DNA of 64,000 nucleotides from Deltaproteobacteria bacterium (GTDB taxonomy: Bacteria; Desulfobacterota; Desulfarculia; Adiutricales; JAFDHD01): positions 2,946 to 66,945 of the forward strand of contig JAFDHD010000002.1 in the NCBI GenBank assembly GCA_019308995.1, written 5' to 3'. The position numbers and the translations under genes were made by a program. Below, one piece after another: positions 46,580 through 57,090 of this stretch. Under the pieces are notes generated by a model that was not told the DNA's origin, did not search any database, and worked only from the letters and a program-made list of their open reading frames with translations. The stretch's first letter is position 1, and every line of letters begins with the position of its first letter.

Positions 46580-46860
46580 TAAATGGCCTGTCAAGCACTT
46601 TTTTTAATCTTTTTATTCCTATTATTTCCATGGACAGCCGCGGTCTCTTCTAGTGAGTTGAGCCTTATTTGACGGCAATATCCAAACCCACTCTGAAGAT
46701 GCTTAAAGCAGTGGTTCAAGATTATACAGCGACCTTGCTTATTGATTTTATTAATTTTTATCACCTGCCAGGCTGGGACAGATATTATTAAAAGGGGGAT
46801 GGAGGGGGATTTTCTTCTTGGACGCTCGGATAATTTAACGGGCAGGAAGAAGCAGACGCG

Positions 46861-47478
46861 CTAAGAATCCTGAAATATTTCGTAATATGTCAGGACCCGC
46901 TTCACAAAGACCCGGGTTTCCCGAAAGGGAGGCACACCGCCGTATCTTTTCACCTTGCGCGGGCCACTGTTGTACGCCGCTAGAGCCAGGGTTTCATTCC
47001 CATCGAACATAACTAGCAGTTTTTTCAAGTATTTCACCCCGGCCTGGATGTTGTAATGAGGATCGAACAGGTTCCTGATACTGGGCGCTTTGGCGGTGGC
47101 AGGCATGACCTGCATCAGGCCGATGGCGCCCTTGCGCGAGATGGCCTGAGGGTCGAAGCGCGATTCAGCCTTTATGACGGCCTTGATCAGGGCCGGGGAA
47201 ACCCCGTGACGCTGGGCGACCTTTTCGATGTACCGGTCGTACGTGGCCGGGTCCATTTCCCTGGACTTCTGCTGCTCAAGCTTTTGAGCTACAATGTTGA
47301 CCACAACCGGCGCAGACGGGCCGGGCCTCAAGACCCTGCGTGATTCGGCCACTGCCTTTGAGGTGCTTGCAAGGCTTGAATCAGCGGACCTGAAGATATG
47401 TCTCGCTTCCAGCGACACGACCGCCAGCGCGAACACCACTGCCAACAGGGCCAGGAGGATCAATCGTTTCAGGTTCAT
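46861..47478 (-). CDS. Lytic transglycosylase (SLT domain), signal-anchored
   Basis: IKAESRFDPQAISRKGAIGLMQVMPATA...AAYNSGP. Confidence 0.9.
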   Translation of the reverse strand: MNLKRLILLALLAVVFALAVVSLEARHIFRSADSSLASTSKAVAESRRVLRPGPSAPVVVNIVAQKLEQQKSREMDPATYDRYIEKVAQRHGVSPALIKAVIKAESRFDPQAISRKGAIGLMQVMPATAKAPSIRNLFDPHYNIQAGVKYLKKLLVMFDGNETLALAAYNSGPRKVKRYGGVPPFRETRVFVKRVLTYYEIFQDS

Positions 47479-47845
47479 GACACCACTCTTTTCCCAGAAG
47501 CCAGATACTCTCGGCCTCTTTTACAAGCCTATCCAACTCTTTTATCGGGTCAATACGAAGAAAGTATGATTTTTTAGCGCATTTCAGGGAAAAAACTCAT
47601 ACTTTCTTCCTAGTGTAAGGTCTTTAAAGGTATATAGAGCCAGTATTCGTTTTGAAGTAATTAATAAAAAAATTAACAGGTTATGATGGATATATGTACG
47701 CTCCTTCCTGTTCATGATTGATACAAGATTTCCTTAGATAAAATCTGCATCTGGATTCCTGCTTGCGCAGGAATGACGGCCAGTTGCGAAGGACAAGGAA
47801 TACAAAAGATTGAAATTAATGAATTGGAGAAGCTAGATTAAAAAC

Positions 47846-47886
47846 GTCAGGGAACCTCGCTTCGCGAGCCACCCTGACCTACAAGG
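47846..47886 (-). repeat. REP-like unit (GTAGGTCAGGGTG family)
   Basis: The reverse complement reads CCTTGTAGGTCAGGGTGGCTCGCGAAGCGAGGTTCCCTGAC. Confidence 0.85.
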
Positions 47887-47913
47887 CTGCTTCCATCACT
47901 TCATAAAGAAATT

Positions 47914-47946
47914 GTGGGGCAGGCTTTCCAGCCAGCCAGCCAGCCA
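47914..47946. repeat. GTGGGGCAGGCTTTC module followed by a (CAGC)4 microsatellite
   Basis: The same 15-mer occurs inverted at 58044..58058. CCAGCCAGCCAGCCAGCC forms the tandem tract. Confidence 0.7.
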
Positions 47947-48002
47947 TAAAATCCTTCTTTCGATTAACCTCCTGTCGCTGCGCGACCCACCGAAGAAAAG
48001 TT

Positions 48003-48041
48003 AAAAAATCCCCCTCAATCCCCCTTGTAGAAAAGGGGGGG
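48003..48041. repeat. AAAAATCCCCC...GGGGGG hairpin module
   Basis: AAAAAATCCCCCTCAATCCCCCTTGTAGAAAAGGGGGGGG. A related module lies at 58229..58264. Confidence 0.6.
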
Positions 48042-48082
48042 GCAGCCAGGCCTTGCAGGTTTTCCTGACGATATTAATTTGG

Positions 48083-48874
48083 TTATTTTTTATCGTCCTT
48101 CAATCCGGCCATCATGGCCTTTAAGGCGTCCTGGCTGTCTTGCGTGGATCGGATCACGCCCATGTGAGAGGAAATCATATCCAGGGCCGTCCTCAGGTCC
48201 ACCCGGCTGCTCTGGTAGGTGGCGCGCTTGATCAGCTGGATAACCTTGGTGGGGCCGTCTGCCAGCCGCCTGGCAAACCGGTAGGTTTCTTCCATCAACC
48301 GGTCGTCCGGAAAGACCCTGTTGATCATACCGATGCGTTCCGCTTCGTGGGCCTCAATAAAGTCCCCGGTCCACAGAAGTTCAAGGGCCTTGGCAATGCC
48401 CACCAGCCGGGGCAGGTAATAGGCTCCCCCGTCACCGGGCACGAGACCGACCTTGACGTATCCTTCGGAGAAACGCGCCGACGCGGCGGCAAAGCGCAGA
48501 TCGCACATCAAGGCCATATCCAGTCCCGCGCCCACAGCCACGCCGTTTAAGGCGGCGATAACCGGTTTATCAATGTCTTCCAGGGTTAAGGGGATGCGGT
48601 GAATCCGGTCCCATAAAACACTTTTCCGTTCAAACGGCGTCGGCTCTTTTGCCTGTTCTCCTGGCCGCGATTGAAAATACACCCCGCTGCAAAAGGCGTC
48701 TCCCGCGCCCGTGACTATGATGACCTTGACCTCAGGATCGTCGCGCCAAACCTGTAGCCCTTGCGCCCATTGGTCTATCATCTCGTAAGTAAGGGCGTTC
48801 TTTCTTTCCGGGCAGTTCAGGGTTATGGTGGCGATCTGATCTTCCTTGTTGAACAAAATGTCCTCGCGTGCCAT
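48083..48874 (-). CDS. Enoyl-CoA hydratase/isomerase-family protein
   Basis: ITLNCPERKNAL...IIVTGAGDAFCSG...AALNGVAVGAGLDMAL. Confidence 0.9.
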   Translation of the reverse strand: MAREDILFNKEDQIATITLNCPERKNALTYEMIDQWAQGLQVWRDDPEVKVIIVTGAGDAFCSGVYFQSRPGEQAKEPTPFERKSVLWDRIHRIPLTLEDIDKPVIAALNGVAVGAGLDMALMCDLRFAAASARFSEGYVKVGLVPGDGGAYYLPRLVGIAKALELLWTGDFIEAHEAERIGMINRVFPDDRLMEETYRFARRLADGPTKVIQLIKRATYQSSRVDLRTALDMISSHMGVIRSTQDSQDALKAMMAGLKDDKK

Positions 48875-48941
48875 GGCTTTATTCTCCCTGTTAAAATTCA
48901 GTTCAAGTTTTTGCCTTTGTCGAAGACTGATTCCCGGATGC

Positions 48942-50624
48942 TCACCGTGCTGAGAGGCGCCCTTCAGTCCTTACTTCCAGAACATATGGCTTATCGAGGC
49001 TCAGCGCTTCCTTGACCGCCGGTTTTACATCCTCCGGCCGGGTGACGCTCTTTCCTTCAATCCCCATGCCGCGGGCGATTTCCACGAAATCCAGGGGCGG
49101 GTCGGTCAGGTCCATGAAGGGGTAGTTAGGGCGCGGCTCCTGGCGCCTGGCCTGCCGGTACCGGTTCAGATTGTACTTCAAGATACGATAGGTCTGATTG
49201 TTCAGGATGATATAGAGCACCGGAATATGGTGATGCGCCGCGGTCCAGAAGCTCTGCACCGTATACATGGCTGAGCCGTCGCCGATGAGGGCCACCACCG
49301 GCCGCTCGGGACAGGCCAGCTTGACCCCGAGCGCTCCAGGCAGTCCCTGGCCGATGCCGCCGCCATGATTGCCAAAATAACTTCCAGGCTTCTCAGGCAG
49401 GAGGGTGCGCATCAGGTCGGCTGAAGCGGTGATGGTCTCGTTATAGATCACCGCGTCGCCTGGCAGGCAGTCACGCAGCTCGGCCATGAAACGCGGCGGG
49501 GAGATCGGCATGTTGCCCCATTTATCCCGGGCGCGCTTCTCCTGGCGCTTAAGCTCCTGCTGCTTTTGAGCCGTCATGGCGGCGCGGCGTTCGGCGGCGC
49601 TTTTCCTGGCCGGTTCATCCATGCTCGATGTCACCGCTGCCAGGAGTTCCTGCAGACCCGGTTTGGGATCGGCCAGCAGGCCCACAGCCGCCGGGATGTT
49701 CTTTCCGATTTCCCAGGACGAATTGTCCAGCTGTATCAGGACACAGCCTTGAGGCAGGGGAGAATCTTTGGCGTAGAATGACTCATCAAAGAGATTGGCG
49801 CCCACGGCCAGGACCAGGTCAGCCTCACCGAGCGCCGTGCGGATGGTCCTGTATTCGGCCTGCAGCTCCCCGCGAAACTGGGGATGTGAGGCCGGAAAGT
49901 TCAGGGCCCCGGTGAACATGGTGCTCCAGACCTGAGCCCCTAAAAGCTCGGCCAGCTGAACCAGTTCCGTTTGGGCTTGAGACCATGTCACTCCCTCGCC
50001 GCAAATAATTACCGGGGTGCTGGCCTTGGCGAGCAGCGCCGCGGCCGCGGCGACGCCTTGTTGATCGGGTCGAATGCGGCGAAAAGGAACGGTGGGGCGA
50101 GGCGGAGGGAAATCCGCTTCTTCCTCGATGACGTTGTCTGGCAGGGCGACCAGGACCGGCCCGCGCGGCGCGTCCTGCGCCGTCTTGAAGGCCCGCGGAA
50201 AAATAATCGGAATCTCTTCGGCATGCTGTAATTGAACGGCCCACTTGGTCAGGGGTCTGGCCATACCGATCAGGTCGTGCGCCAGGATGGGTTCACGGAC
50301 CAGCATGCGGCTGTCCTGCTGCCCGACCGTGACCACCAGCGGCATTTTGCCTACCGAAGCGTTATACAGAGCGCCGATAGCGTTACCCAGTCCTGGCGCC
50401 ACGTGCAGGTTCACGACGCCGGTCTTGCCCGAGGCGCTGGCGTACATGTGCGCCATGCCCAGGGCGACCCCCTCGTGCAGGGAGAGGATGTACTTTATCT
50501 GCGGATAGTCCGCCAGAATATCAAGAAAACCCAGCTCGGTCGTGCCAGGATTACCAAAAACATATTGAACGCCTTCTGCCAAAAAAATTTCCATAATGGC
50601 CTGGCGTGCGGTCATGATGGCCAT
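48942..50624 (-). CDS. Thiamine-diphosphate enzyme, benzoylformate-decarboxylase-like
   Basis: GVQYVFGNPGTTELGFLD...NLHVAPGLGNAIGALYNA...GDGSAMYTVQSFWTA. Start set at MAIMTARQ (GGGAGAAG RBS). Confidence 0.8.
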   Translation of the reverse strand: MAIMTARQAIMEIFLAEGVQYVFGNPGTTELGFLDILADYPQIKYILSLHEGVALGMAHMYASASGKTGVVNLHVAPGLGNAIGALYNASVGKMPLVVTVGQQDSRMLVREPILAHDLIGMARPLTKWAVQLQHAEEIPIIFPRAFKTAQDAPRGPVLVALPDNVIEEEADFPPPRPTVPFRRIRPDQQGVAAAAALLAKASTPVIICGEGVTWSQAQTELVQLAELLGAQVWSTMFTGALNFPASHPQFRGELQAEYRTIRTALGEADLVLAVGANLFDESFYAKDSPLPQGCVLIQLDNSSWEIGKNIPAAVGLLADPKPGLQELLAAVTSSMDEPARKSAAERRAAMTAQKQQELKRQEKRARDKWGNMPISPPRFMAELRDCLPGDAVIYNETITASADLMRTLLPEKPGSYFGNHGGGIGQGLPGALGVKLACPERPVVALIGDGSAMYTVQSFWTAAHHHIPVLYIILNNQTYRILKYNLNRYRQARRQEPRPNYPFMDLTDPPLDFVEIARGMGIEGKSVTRPEDVKPAVKEALSLDKPYVLEVRTEGRLSAR

Positions 50625-50643
50625 GGTTTCTTCTCCCTTTTCC

Positions 50644-51423
50644 TCAGATATCAATAAATCGTGAAATAAATCCTTGCACCGCTTCATTAAACCGCTCGGG
50701 CGCATCAATGTTGACTGCATGGCCGCCGTCAAAAACCAGCGCCTCAAGCTTTGGCATGGTTTGCTGGACAAACTCCAGCAGCGAGGCAAACTGCTTGTCG
50801 AAACGGCCGACAACCAGCAGGGTCGGGACCCGGTTTTGATGAATCACCCGGCGTACCGAGCAGGCGGTGACGGTATAGAGCATCGTATAAGCAAGTCCGT
50901 GGACGTCAATCAATTTCACGTCTTCAACCAGGGCCTGCTTGATCTCGGGCTTGAGACGACGGCTCCGCGCCGGATGCAGCGGAAAATTATCAATTACTTT
51001 ACGACCCTCCTTGATAAGACGCTCTGCCACCGGTTTCATGGCTTCTGCCGGGATGTTGTCAGAAAGGGCCGACCGCGAGTTTGTGAAAATCTGAGCCGTG
51101 ACGCGTTCAGGATGAGAGAGGGCGTAGCGGAGGGTCAGCGACGCGCCGAGCGACTGGCCGCACACGAACCAGCGTTCCGCCTCCAGTTGACAGCGAAGCC
51201 GCTCGAACTGGCGCACGTAACTGTCAGGGCTGTAACATTCAGGATCGTCGGGCGCGGGCGAACGCCCATGTCCGAACAGCTCGATGATGACCGGCCGGCT
51301 GAAGGCCTTGAGCGCTTCCAGGTTGAGCTTCCACTGGGCGCGGCTGGAGAGGATACCGTGAACCAAGAGGATAAAAGGCCCATGGCTGCCGTGTACTTCG
51401 TAATAGAGCGCCTGATTTGACAT
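50644..51423 (-). CDS. Alpha/beta hydrolase
   Basis: ILLVHGILSS... and the nucleophile elbow GQSLGA. Confidence 0.8.
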   Translation of the reverse strand: MSNQALYYEVHGSHGPFILLVHGILSSRAQWKLNLEALKAFSRPVIIELFGHGRSPAPDDPECYSPDSYVRQFERLRCQLEAERWFVCGQSLGASLTLRYALSHPERVTAQIFTNSRSALSDNIPAEAMKPVAERLIKEGRKVIDNFPLHPARSRRLKPEIKQALVEDVKLIDVHGLAYTMLYTVTACSVRRVIHQNRVPTLLVVGRFDKQFASLLEFVQQTMPKLEALVFDGGHAVNIDAPERFNEAVQGFISRFIDI

Positions 51424-51672
51424 AATCGAACCTCACAGCATGGTGTGGCAACATGGTTTTTTGCCACTTTCCCGGGAAGCTGACAGGATGCAGCTGCGAC
51501 CACCACCCCCATTTTAAAAAGGCCTGAAATAAAAAACCTTCAAAACCTCTGCAACCTCAGAAACAGGAAGGGTCGGCCAGCAAGAGGCGAGGTCATGAGA
51601 GCCCGCTTTTCCTGATGCCAGTATAGGGAAAACGGAAAGGTGAGTCAAAAAGAAATCACCCCTTGTATGGGC

Positions 51673-52977
51673 TCATGAGGCGGTTCGCTTTTTTTCCATT
51701 CCGGTCAGCAGAGTCAGGATCAGGGTCGCTAAAGAACACACGGCGCCCAATGTAAAAGCCAGGACGTATGATCCGGTCAGATCACGCATGAATCCGTAAA
51801 GAACCGCCCCGCTGCCTCCAACGACGCCTCCGATAAAAAAGAGCAGGCCGTAAAGCGCGCCCAGGGCGGCGCGCCCGAAGATGTCCCCCACGTATACGGT
51901 CCATAAAGACATACCCAGGCCATAGAAGAATCCGGCCGATATGTTAAAAATAATCACGCCAGCCAGCGACGGAACCGCCTGGGTGATGACAGCCCCGTAG
52001 ATCATGGAAGCTCCGTAAAGGATGAAACTGGCGGTGAAAACAGGTTTCCGGCCCACGCGGTCGGACAGGGCGCCGCCGAGAAAGGCCCCGATGACCGCGG
52101 CCATGGCCGAGGCGAAGATGCTGAACTGGATCTTGCCCATGCCCGCCTCGACCGGGATGCCCAGGGCGTGTATGATATCCACGCCCCAGATCGCCATGTG
52201 GGTCAGCGCGCCCATGAGCGGGATGCTGATGATGGCGTGCCCGGCCACCAGGCACCAGTAGGAACGGGTCCTGAAGGCCTCCCGCACCGTCCAGTCCTCC
52301 CATTCAAGAACGGACGCTACTGGCGCAGCCGGCCCTGCGGCGGGGTCGTTCGACGGCTTCTGAACGCCGTCTGGCAGCAGGCCCATGGATTCAGGGTCCT
52401 TTCTTATGACCAGGAAGGAAATGAGCATGATCCCGGCTCCGAGGACAAGACCCAGGTAAAACCAGCTACCGCGCCAGCCCAAGACCTTGATCAGCCACGG
52501 GGCCACCAGGGCGATGGCCCCCAGTCCCATGCCTCCGCCCACAGATGAAATTGACACGGCCAGACCGGCCCGCCGGGAAAACCACTTCCTCACCGTCGAG
52601 GCGGCCGGAACCCCGTGGGCCAATCCGCCTCCCACGGCTAAAATGATCCCGAAGTAGATATAAAACTCCTTGACATTCGACATCCGGGAGGTGAGCACCA
52701 GCCCGACGAGAGTTAAAAACCCGCCGAGAGTCATGACGAGTCTGGGCCCATATCTGTCCACAACCGGGCCTGCAATCAAGGCCGTAATTGACGAGACCCA
52801 CCAGCTGACTGTAAAACCAAAGGCCAGCCTGGCCCTGGTCCATTCCAAATCCTCAAGCAAAGTCGGGAAAAACAGGGTGAAGGAAAACCTGGATGAGCTG
52901 GACAGCACACCGAGAACGCTGCAGGCGATGACGATCCACCATCCGTAAAACAAGCGCGGGCCTCGATGTATTTTCAC
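51673..52977 (-). CDS. MFS transporter
   Basis: About 12 TM segments, with DRYGPRLVM and LSDRVGRKPV loops. GTG start. Confidence 0.85.
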   Translation of the reverse strand: MKIHRGPRLFYGWWIVIACSVLGVLSSSSRFSFTLFFPTLLEDLEWTRARLAFGFTVSWWVSSITALIAGPVVDRYGPRLVMTLGGFLTLVGLVLTSRMSNVKEFYIYFGIILAVGGGLAHGVPAASTVRKWFSRRAGLAVSISSVGGGMGLGAIALVAPWLIKVLGWRGSWFYLGLVLGAGIMLISFLVIRKDPESMGLLPDGVQKPSNDPAAGPAAPVASVLEWEDWTVREAFRTRSYWCLVAGHAIISIPLMGALTHMAIWGVDIIHALGIPVEAGMGKIQFSIFASAMAAVIGAFLGGALSDRVGRKPVFTASFILYGASMIYGAVITQAVPSLAGVIIFNISAGFFYGLGMSLWTVYVGDIFGRAALGALYGLLFFIGGVVGGSGAVLYGFMRDLTGSYVLAFTLGAVCSLATLILTLLTGMEKKRTAS

Positions 52978-53306
52978 GCTGGCTATTCCCTTTTAACGGT
53001 ATCTGGAAAAAACCCGACCAATCGCTTCTTTCAGGACCGGCCTGCAGGTTCAAGTTAATATGTAATGAAAAAATGATCAGTTCAGTTCAGTAATTTTACC
53101 AAAGTCCTGGCCATAAAAAAAAGGATTTTATGCCCGCGCCATTATCACATGGCCCTCCGGACGGCCAGGCCCTGATATCCTCTAAATTTGGGAAAGTCCT
53201 GAACCTGAAAAGGATTGACTTTCAAGAGGTATTTTGCAAGCATAAGAGCGGGTCAACTTGAACTTCATCAAGCGCAGACAATCCTAACGAAAAGGAGGAA
53301 TTAGTT

Positions 53307-55220
53307 ATGGCCAAAATGCCCAAGAAGGCTGTGGTGATCGGCATGGATGCCGCATCCCCAACGTTTATATCGCAGTATGTCGAGGAAGGCGTTCTTCCCA
53401 ATTTCAAGAAACTGATTGACGGCGGAGTCATGGCGGAGCACTGCCTGGTTCCCTTCCCCACGGTGACCCCGCCGAACTGGACCACCATCGTTACCGGGAG
53501 CTGGGCGGGTACCCACTGCATCACCGATTTTCACGTTCACAATCCCGGCGATCCGCTGCACAAAATTCATCAGGGCTTTGACGCCAATGAATGCAAGGCG
53601 GAATTTATCTGGGAGAGAGCGGCCAAGGCCGGCAAAAAAAGCATCGTCTTCAACTATCCCTCTTCCTGGCCTCCGCGCGTCAAGGAGGGGGTCATCATGC
53701 TCGGGGGCGGAGGGCTTACCCCCGGGGAATGGCGCCGGCCATTTCGAGGCCTGAACTCTGGAATCAATTTCTCCGGTGAACATCTCTTTACCACCGAGAT
53801 CTTACCCGGCGCGGTGCGGGTTAAGTTCGAGGAGGCTGAGGACTGGGAGAATGTCCCGGAGTCTCAGGGCGAAGAGGACCTGGAAGCGGTGGCGGGGCTG
53901 AATTTTCAGCAGGCCATGGAAGAGCCAGCCCCGACCTCCTGGTATGTCCTGGCGCAGGATACTCAGGGCGACGGTTATGACAAGGTCACGGTCTCCCCGA
54001 GCCGGGACTATAGCGAAGCCTTTTTTACTATTGGCGTGGGCGAGTGGAGCCAGAAGATCACCACGACCCTGAAGCTTAAAAACGGTGAAGAAAAGGTGGT
54101 TCATTTCAGGGCCAAGCTCCTGGAGCTTTCCGATGACGCTGAGGATTTCAGGCTCTACTTCACTTCCCTGGGCCAGGAAAGCGGCTGGTCCTTTCCGGAA
54201 GAGGTCTGCACTGAAATCAAGTCCAAGGAAGGGGTCATGGCCAATAACGGCGGATACGTGGCCTACACCCTGGAATGGATTGACCTCGACACTTATATGG
54301 AGGTCACGAACTGGCAGAATATCTTCTACGCCGACGCCGTGGAGTATCTGCTGAAAAACAAGGAGTGGGACCTTTTCTTCATGCACGCCCATGCCCCGGA
54401 CTGGTTCTACCACGCCGCCATTACAGACATGGAGCCTCTTGTCACCAAGGACGAGGAGAAGGTCAAAAAAACGAGGAAGGCGGACCGGAGCCTGTACCAG
54501 AGCCTGGACCGGATGCTGGGGAGGATCATGGAGGCGGCCGGAAAGGACGCCCTGATCATAATCGTTTCAGACCACGGCGCCACAGCTAACGGCCCGACCG
54601 TCAACCCGAACGAGATCATGGAAAAGGCGGGCTTGCTGGTATTCGAGGAGGTCGAGAAGGCTAAAGGAGGAGATGCTAGCGATATCATGAGCGCTAAAAT
54701 CGTCCCGCGATTTCCCAATAGACCAAATCACAAGAAATCAAAGGTCATCCCCCAGAGGGAGATTCACGTCTATATCAACCTCAAAGGCAGAGACCCGGAC
54801 GGGATCGTGGAACCCGAGGACTACGGAAACGTCCAGCGGCAGATCATTGACGCCCTGCTGACCTGGAAGGACCCGCAGACTGGCACAAGGCCCATCGCCA
54901 TGGCCCTCTCCAAGCAGGACGCCCGTATCCTGGGCCTGTATGGCGATTATGTCGGCGATGTCATCTATGCGCTTTACCCTGAATTCGGAGGCCAGCACGG
55001 CCAGCAGCTCCCGGCGTCATCGTACGGTATCGGCGACCAGCGCTCGGTCATGATCCTGAATGGGCCGGGTCTGAAAAAGGGGTACAAGATGCAAAGGACC
55101 ATGTGGTTGACCGACATCGTGCCCACGCTCAGCTACGCCCTTGACCTGCCCGTGGCTGACACCGTGGAAGGCGCTGTCGTGTACCAGATCTTTGAAGACC
55201 CGAATTTTAAACTCAAGTAA
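53307..55220 (+). CDS. Alkaline-phosphatase-superfamily enzyme (type I phosphodiesterase / nucleotide pyrophosphatase-like)
   Basis: VVIGMDAASP...FPTVTPPNWTTIVTG (nucleophile Thr region)...IIVSDHG. AAAGGAGGAATTAGTT-ATG. Confidence 0.75.
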   Translation: MAKMPKKAVVIGMDAASPTFISQYVEEGVLPNFKKLIDGGVMAEHCLVPFPTVTPPNWTTIVTGSWAGTHCITDFHVHNPGDPLHKIHQGFDANECKAEFIWERAAKAGKKSIVFNYPSSWPPRVKEGVIMLGGGGLTPGEWRRPFRGLNSGINFSGEHLFTTEILPGAVRVKFEEAEDWENVPESQGEEDLEAVAGLNFQQAMEEPAPTSWYVLAQDTQGDGYDKVTVSPSRDYSEAFFTIGVGEWSQKITTTLKLKNGEEKVVHFRAKLLELSDDAEDFRLYFTSLGQESGWSFPEEVCTEIKSKEGVMANNGGYVAYTLEWIDLDTYMEVTNWQNIFYADAVEYLLKNKEWDLFFMHAHAPDWFYHAAITDMEPLVTKDEEKVKKTRKADRSLYQSLDRMLGRIMEAAGKDALIIIVSDHGATANGPTVNPNEIMEKAGLLVFEEVEKAKGGDASDIMSAKIVPRFPNRPNHKKSKVIPQREIHVYINLKGRDPDGIVEPEDYGNVQRQIIDALLTWKDPQTGTRPIAMALSKQDARILGLYGDYVGDVIYALYPEFGGQHGQQLPASSYGIGDQRSVMILNGPGLKKGYKMQRTMWLTDIVPTLSYALDLPVADTVEGAVVYQIFEDPNFKLK

Positions 55221-55262
55221 ACCTTGAGGCTCAAAAAGGGGCTGGAGCACCTGAAAACGGCT

Positions 55263-55307
55263 TCATCTAGTTCCCGGGTTTGGAGGCTGTGCTCGGGAAC
55301 TAGATGA
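55263..55307. other. Strong hairpin (14-bp perfect arms, 17-nt loop)
   Basis: TCATCTAGTTCCCG...CGGGAACTAGATGA, about 45 bp after the AlkP-family stop, with no T-tract. Confidence 0.5.
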
Positions 55308-55447
55308 TAAAAGACTGCTGCGCGGGGTCTGGCCGGAGCGCAAGCAAAGGGCTCGCAATGGCATGCCTTAAACGCTATTAGAAATTGTCATGGCGTGGAA
55401 CTAAGCGATGAAGCCAACCTCTTTCTAACCTCTAGAGGGGGTGCGAG

Positions 55448-56233
55448 ATGGATGAATCTGTGAAGATAGATATAAGAGAGGGTATTGCCAGGATAAGCCT
55501 GAATCGGCCAAAGGCTTTTAATGCATTCAACTTAGAGATGATCCAATCTCTGTCAGAAAGGCTTATTGAGCTTGCCAGGGATTAAATCGTAGCTGGCGTG
55601 GTTATTTCCGGAGAAGGCAAGGCCTTCTGTGCCGGAGGAGATTTAAAATGGGTCTCCCGATCTGGAAAGACGTACGGCCAGGCCCTTCATGAACTTGCGG
55701 CCAGGTTCCATCAGGCTGTTCTTGAAATACGCCGGATGCCAAAGCCGGTGGCGGCGGCCATTCATGGTGTTGCCGCGGGAGGGGGTTTTTCATTAGCCCT
55801 GGCCTGCGATTTCAGGGTGATAGAAGCATCGGCTCTTTTGAGGCAGGCCTATACTTCCAATGGATTGAGCATTGATGGCGGTGGGACATTCACCTTACCT
55901 AGATTAGTGGGGATGGCTAGGGCCTTAGAAATTGCGGCCTTTGACACCCCTATTTCGGCTGAACAGGCCCTATCCTGGGGGCTCGTAACAGAAGTGGTAG
56001 AGGACGGCCAGGCCCTGGCTAGGGCCATGAACTTGGTTGAAGAAATAACAAAAGGGGCTTTGTTCTCTTTTGCGGCTTCAAAAAAATTGATAAATGAATC
56101 CTTTAATACATCATTTGAGACCCAGTTGGAAAAGGAACGGGAGGCCTTATCATTATGCGCCGAACATCCCCATGGGCGTGAAGGGATAGCTGCTTTTACG
56201 GAAAAAAGGAAGCCGGTGTTTACAGGTAAATAA
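55448..56233 (+). pseudogene. Enoyl-CoA hydratase-family gene with an in-frame TAA
   Basis: MDESVKIDIREGIARISLNRPKAFNAFN...LIELARD-TAA(55583..55585)-IVAGVVISGEGKAFCAGGDLK is one continuous frame across the stop. The track ORF only restarts at the GTG at 55598. Confidence 0.7.
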
Positions 56234-56414
56234 AGAGTGATTTGCCTTTAATCTTTATATCGTCTTTAAATCATTACTTCTGGATTCCACCATTCTTCTT
56301 GTGACCTTTTCAAGGAAAAAATTCTGCTTGACTTCTGAGGCGTTTTACTTTTTCATCACTTCTAGTTACCCGTTAAATTTTTATTAATCTTTTAAGAACA
56401 AAGGAGGATAGGCC

Positions 56415-56699
56415 ATGCCTCTATTCATGATGTTCGGGAAATACTCTTCCGAGGCCCTCAAAGGCGTCAGCTCCGAACGGACTGATAAAGCCGAGGAGCT
56501 GATCGGCAAGCACGGCGGAAAGGTCGTTTCTATGTATGCCGCGCTTGGAGAATACGACCTTGTCTTTACCATAGATTTCCCAGATGCCGAAAAGGCGCTG
56601 ACCGCCTCGGTGGCATTGAACAAATTAACGGGAGTCTCCTTTACGACCTCGCCTGTGGTGGAAATCAAAGAATTTGATAAGCTGGTGAGTGAGGTCTGA
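56415..56699 (+). CDS. GYD-domain protein
   Basis: MPLFMMFGKYS...ALGEYDLVFTIDFPD. AAAGGAGGATAGGCC-ATG. Confidence 0.8.
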   Translation: MPLFMMFGKYSSEALKGVSSERTDKAEELIGKHGGKVVSMYAALGEYDLVFTIDFPDAEKALTASVALNKLTGVSFTTSPVVEIKEFDKLVSEV

Positions 56700-56729
56700 G
56701 ATATCTGAGCCGCGTGGCAGGATTCCCGG

Positions 56730-56748
56730 CCCGTTTTAAAACGGGTTT
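56730..56748 (+). terminator. Rho-independent terminator
   Basis: CCCGTTTTAAAACGGG is followed by TTT, about 30 bp after the GYD stop. Confidence 0.5.
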
Positions 56749-56970
56749 CATCAAGGCTCATGGCCGCGCCGGGGTGAGGACCTTTCTTGAAAAGAAAGCA
56801 GTCCCTGCGCTAAAAAGCAGTCTGTGAAGCGGTGTGTCCATTTGCGGGCCTTATACTAAGTTGCATTTAAATATATATAAAACTCATGTTCCTGTCATTG
56901 TGAGCGCCCGGCCTTCCGGCAGAAGCCGCAGGGTTATTTTGCAAAGAAACTGTTTTCAAGCTTTGGAAGA

Positions 56971-57042
56971 GGGTGGGGATAAACCCCACCCCTAGTCTAA
57001 AACTCCAAATCGGTATTGTAGGGGCGGGGTTTATCCCCGCCC
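56971..57042. repeat. Pair of GC-rich hairpin modules
   Basis: GGGTGGGG-ataaa-CCCCACCC and GGGCGGGG-tttat-CCCCGCCC lie 30 bp apart in an intergenic region. Confidence 0.6.
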
Positions 57043-57090
57043 GTATTTTTGCGATGTTTGATCGCAACTTGGCCTTAAGTTCAAGTCAGC

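Noticed and set aside
50674-51420. 248-aa plus-strand ORF mirroring the alpha/beta hydrolase gene. Similar cases are 58532..59143(-), 58983..59705(+) and 59778..60272(+).
   Set aside because: These are alternative-frame or antisense ORFs. The frames I chose carry recognisable motifs (GQSLGA, HPHLQ, LIIDGYN), whereas these are Arg/Pro-rich and featureless.
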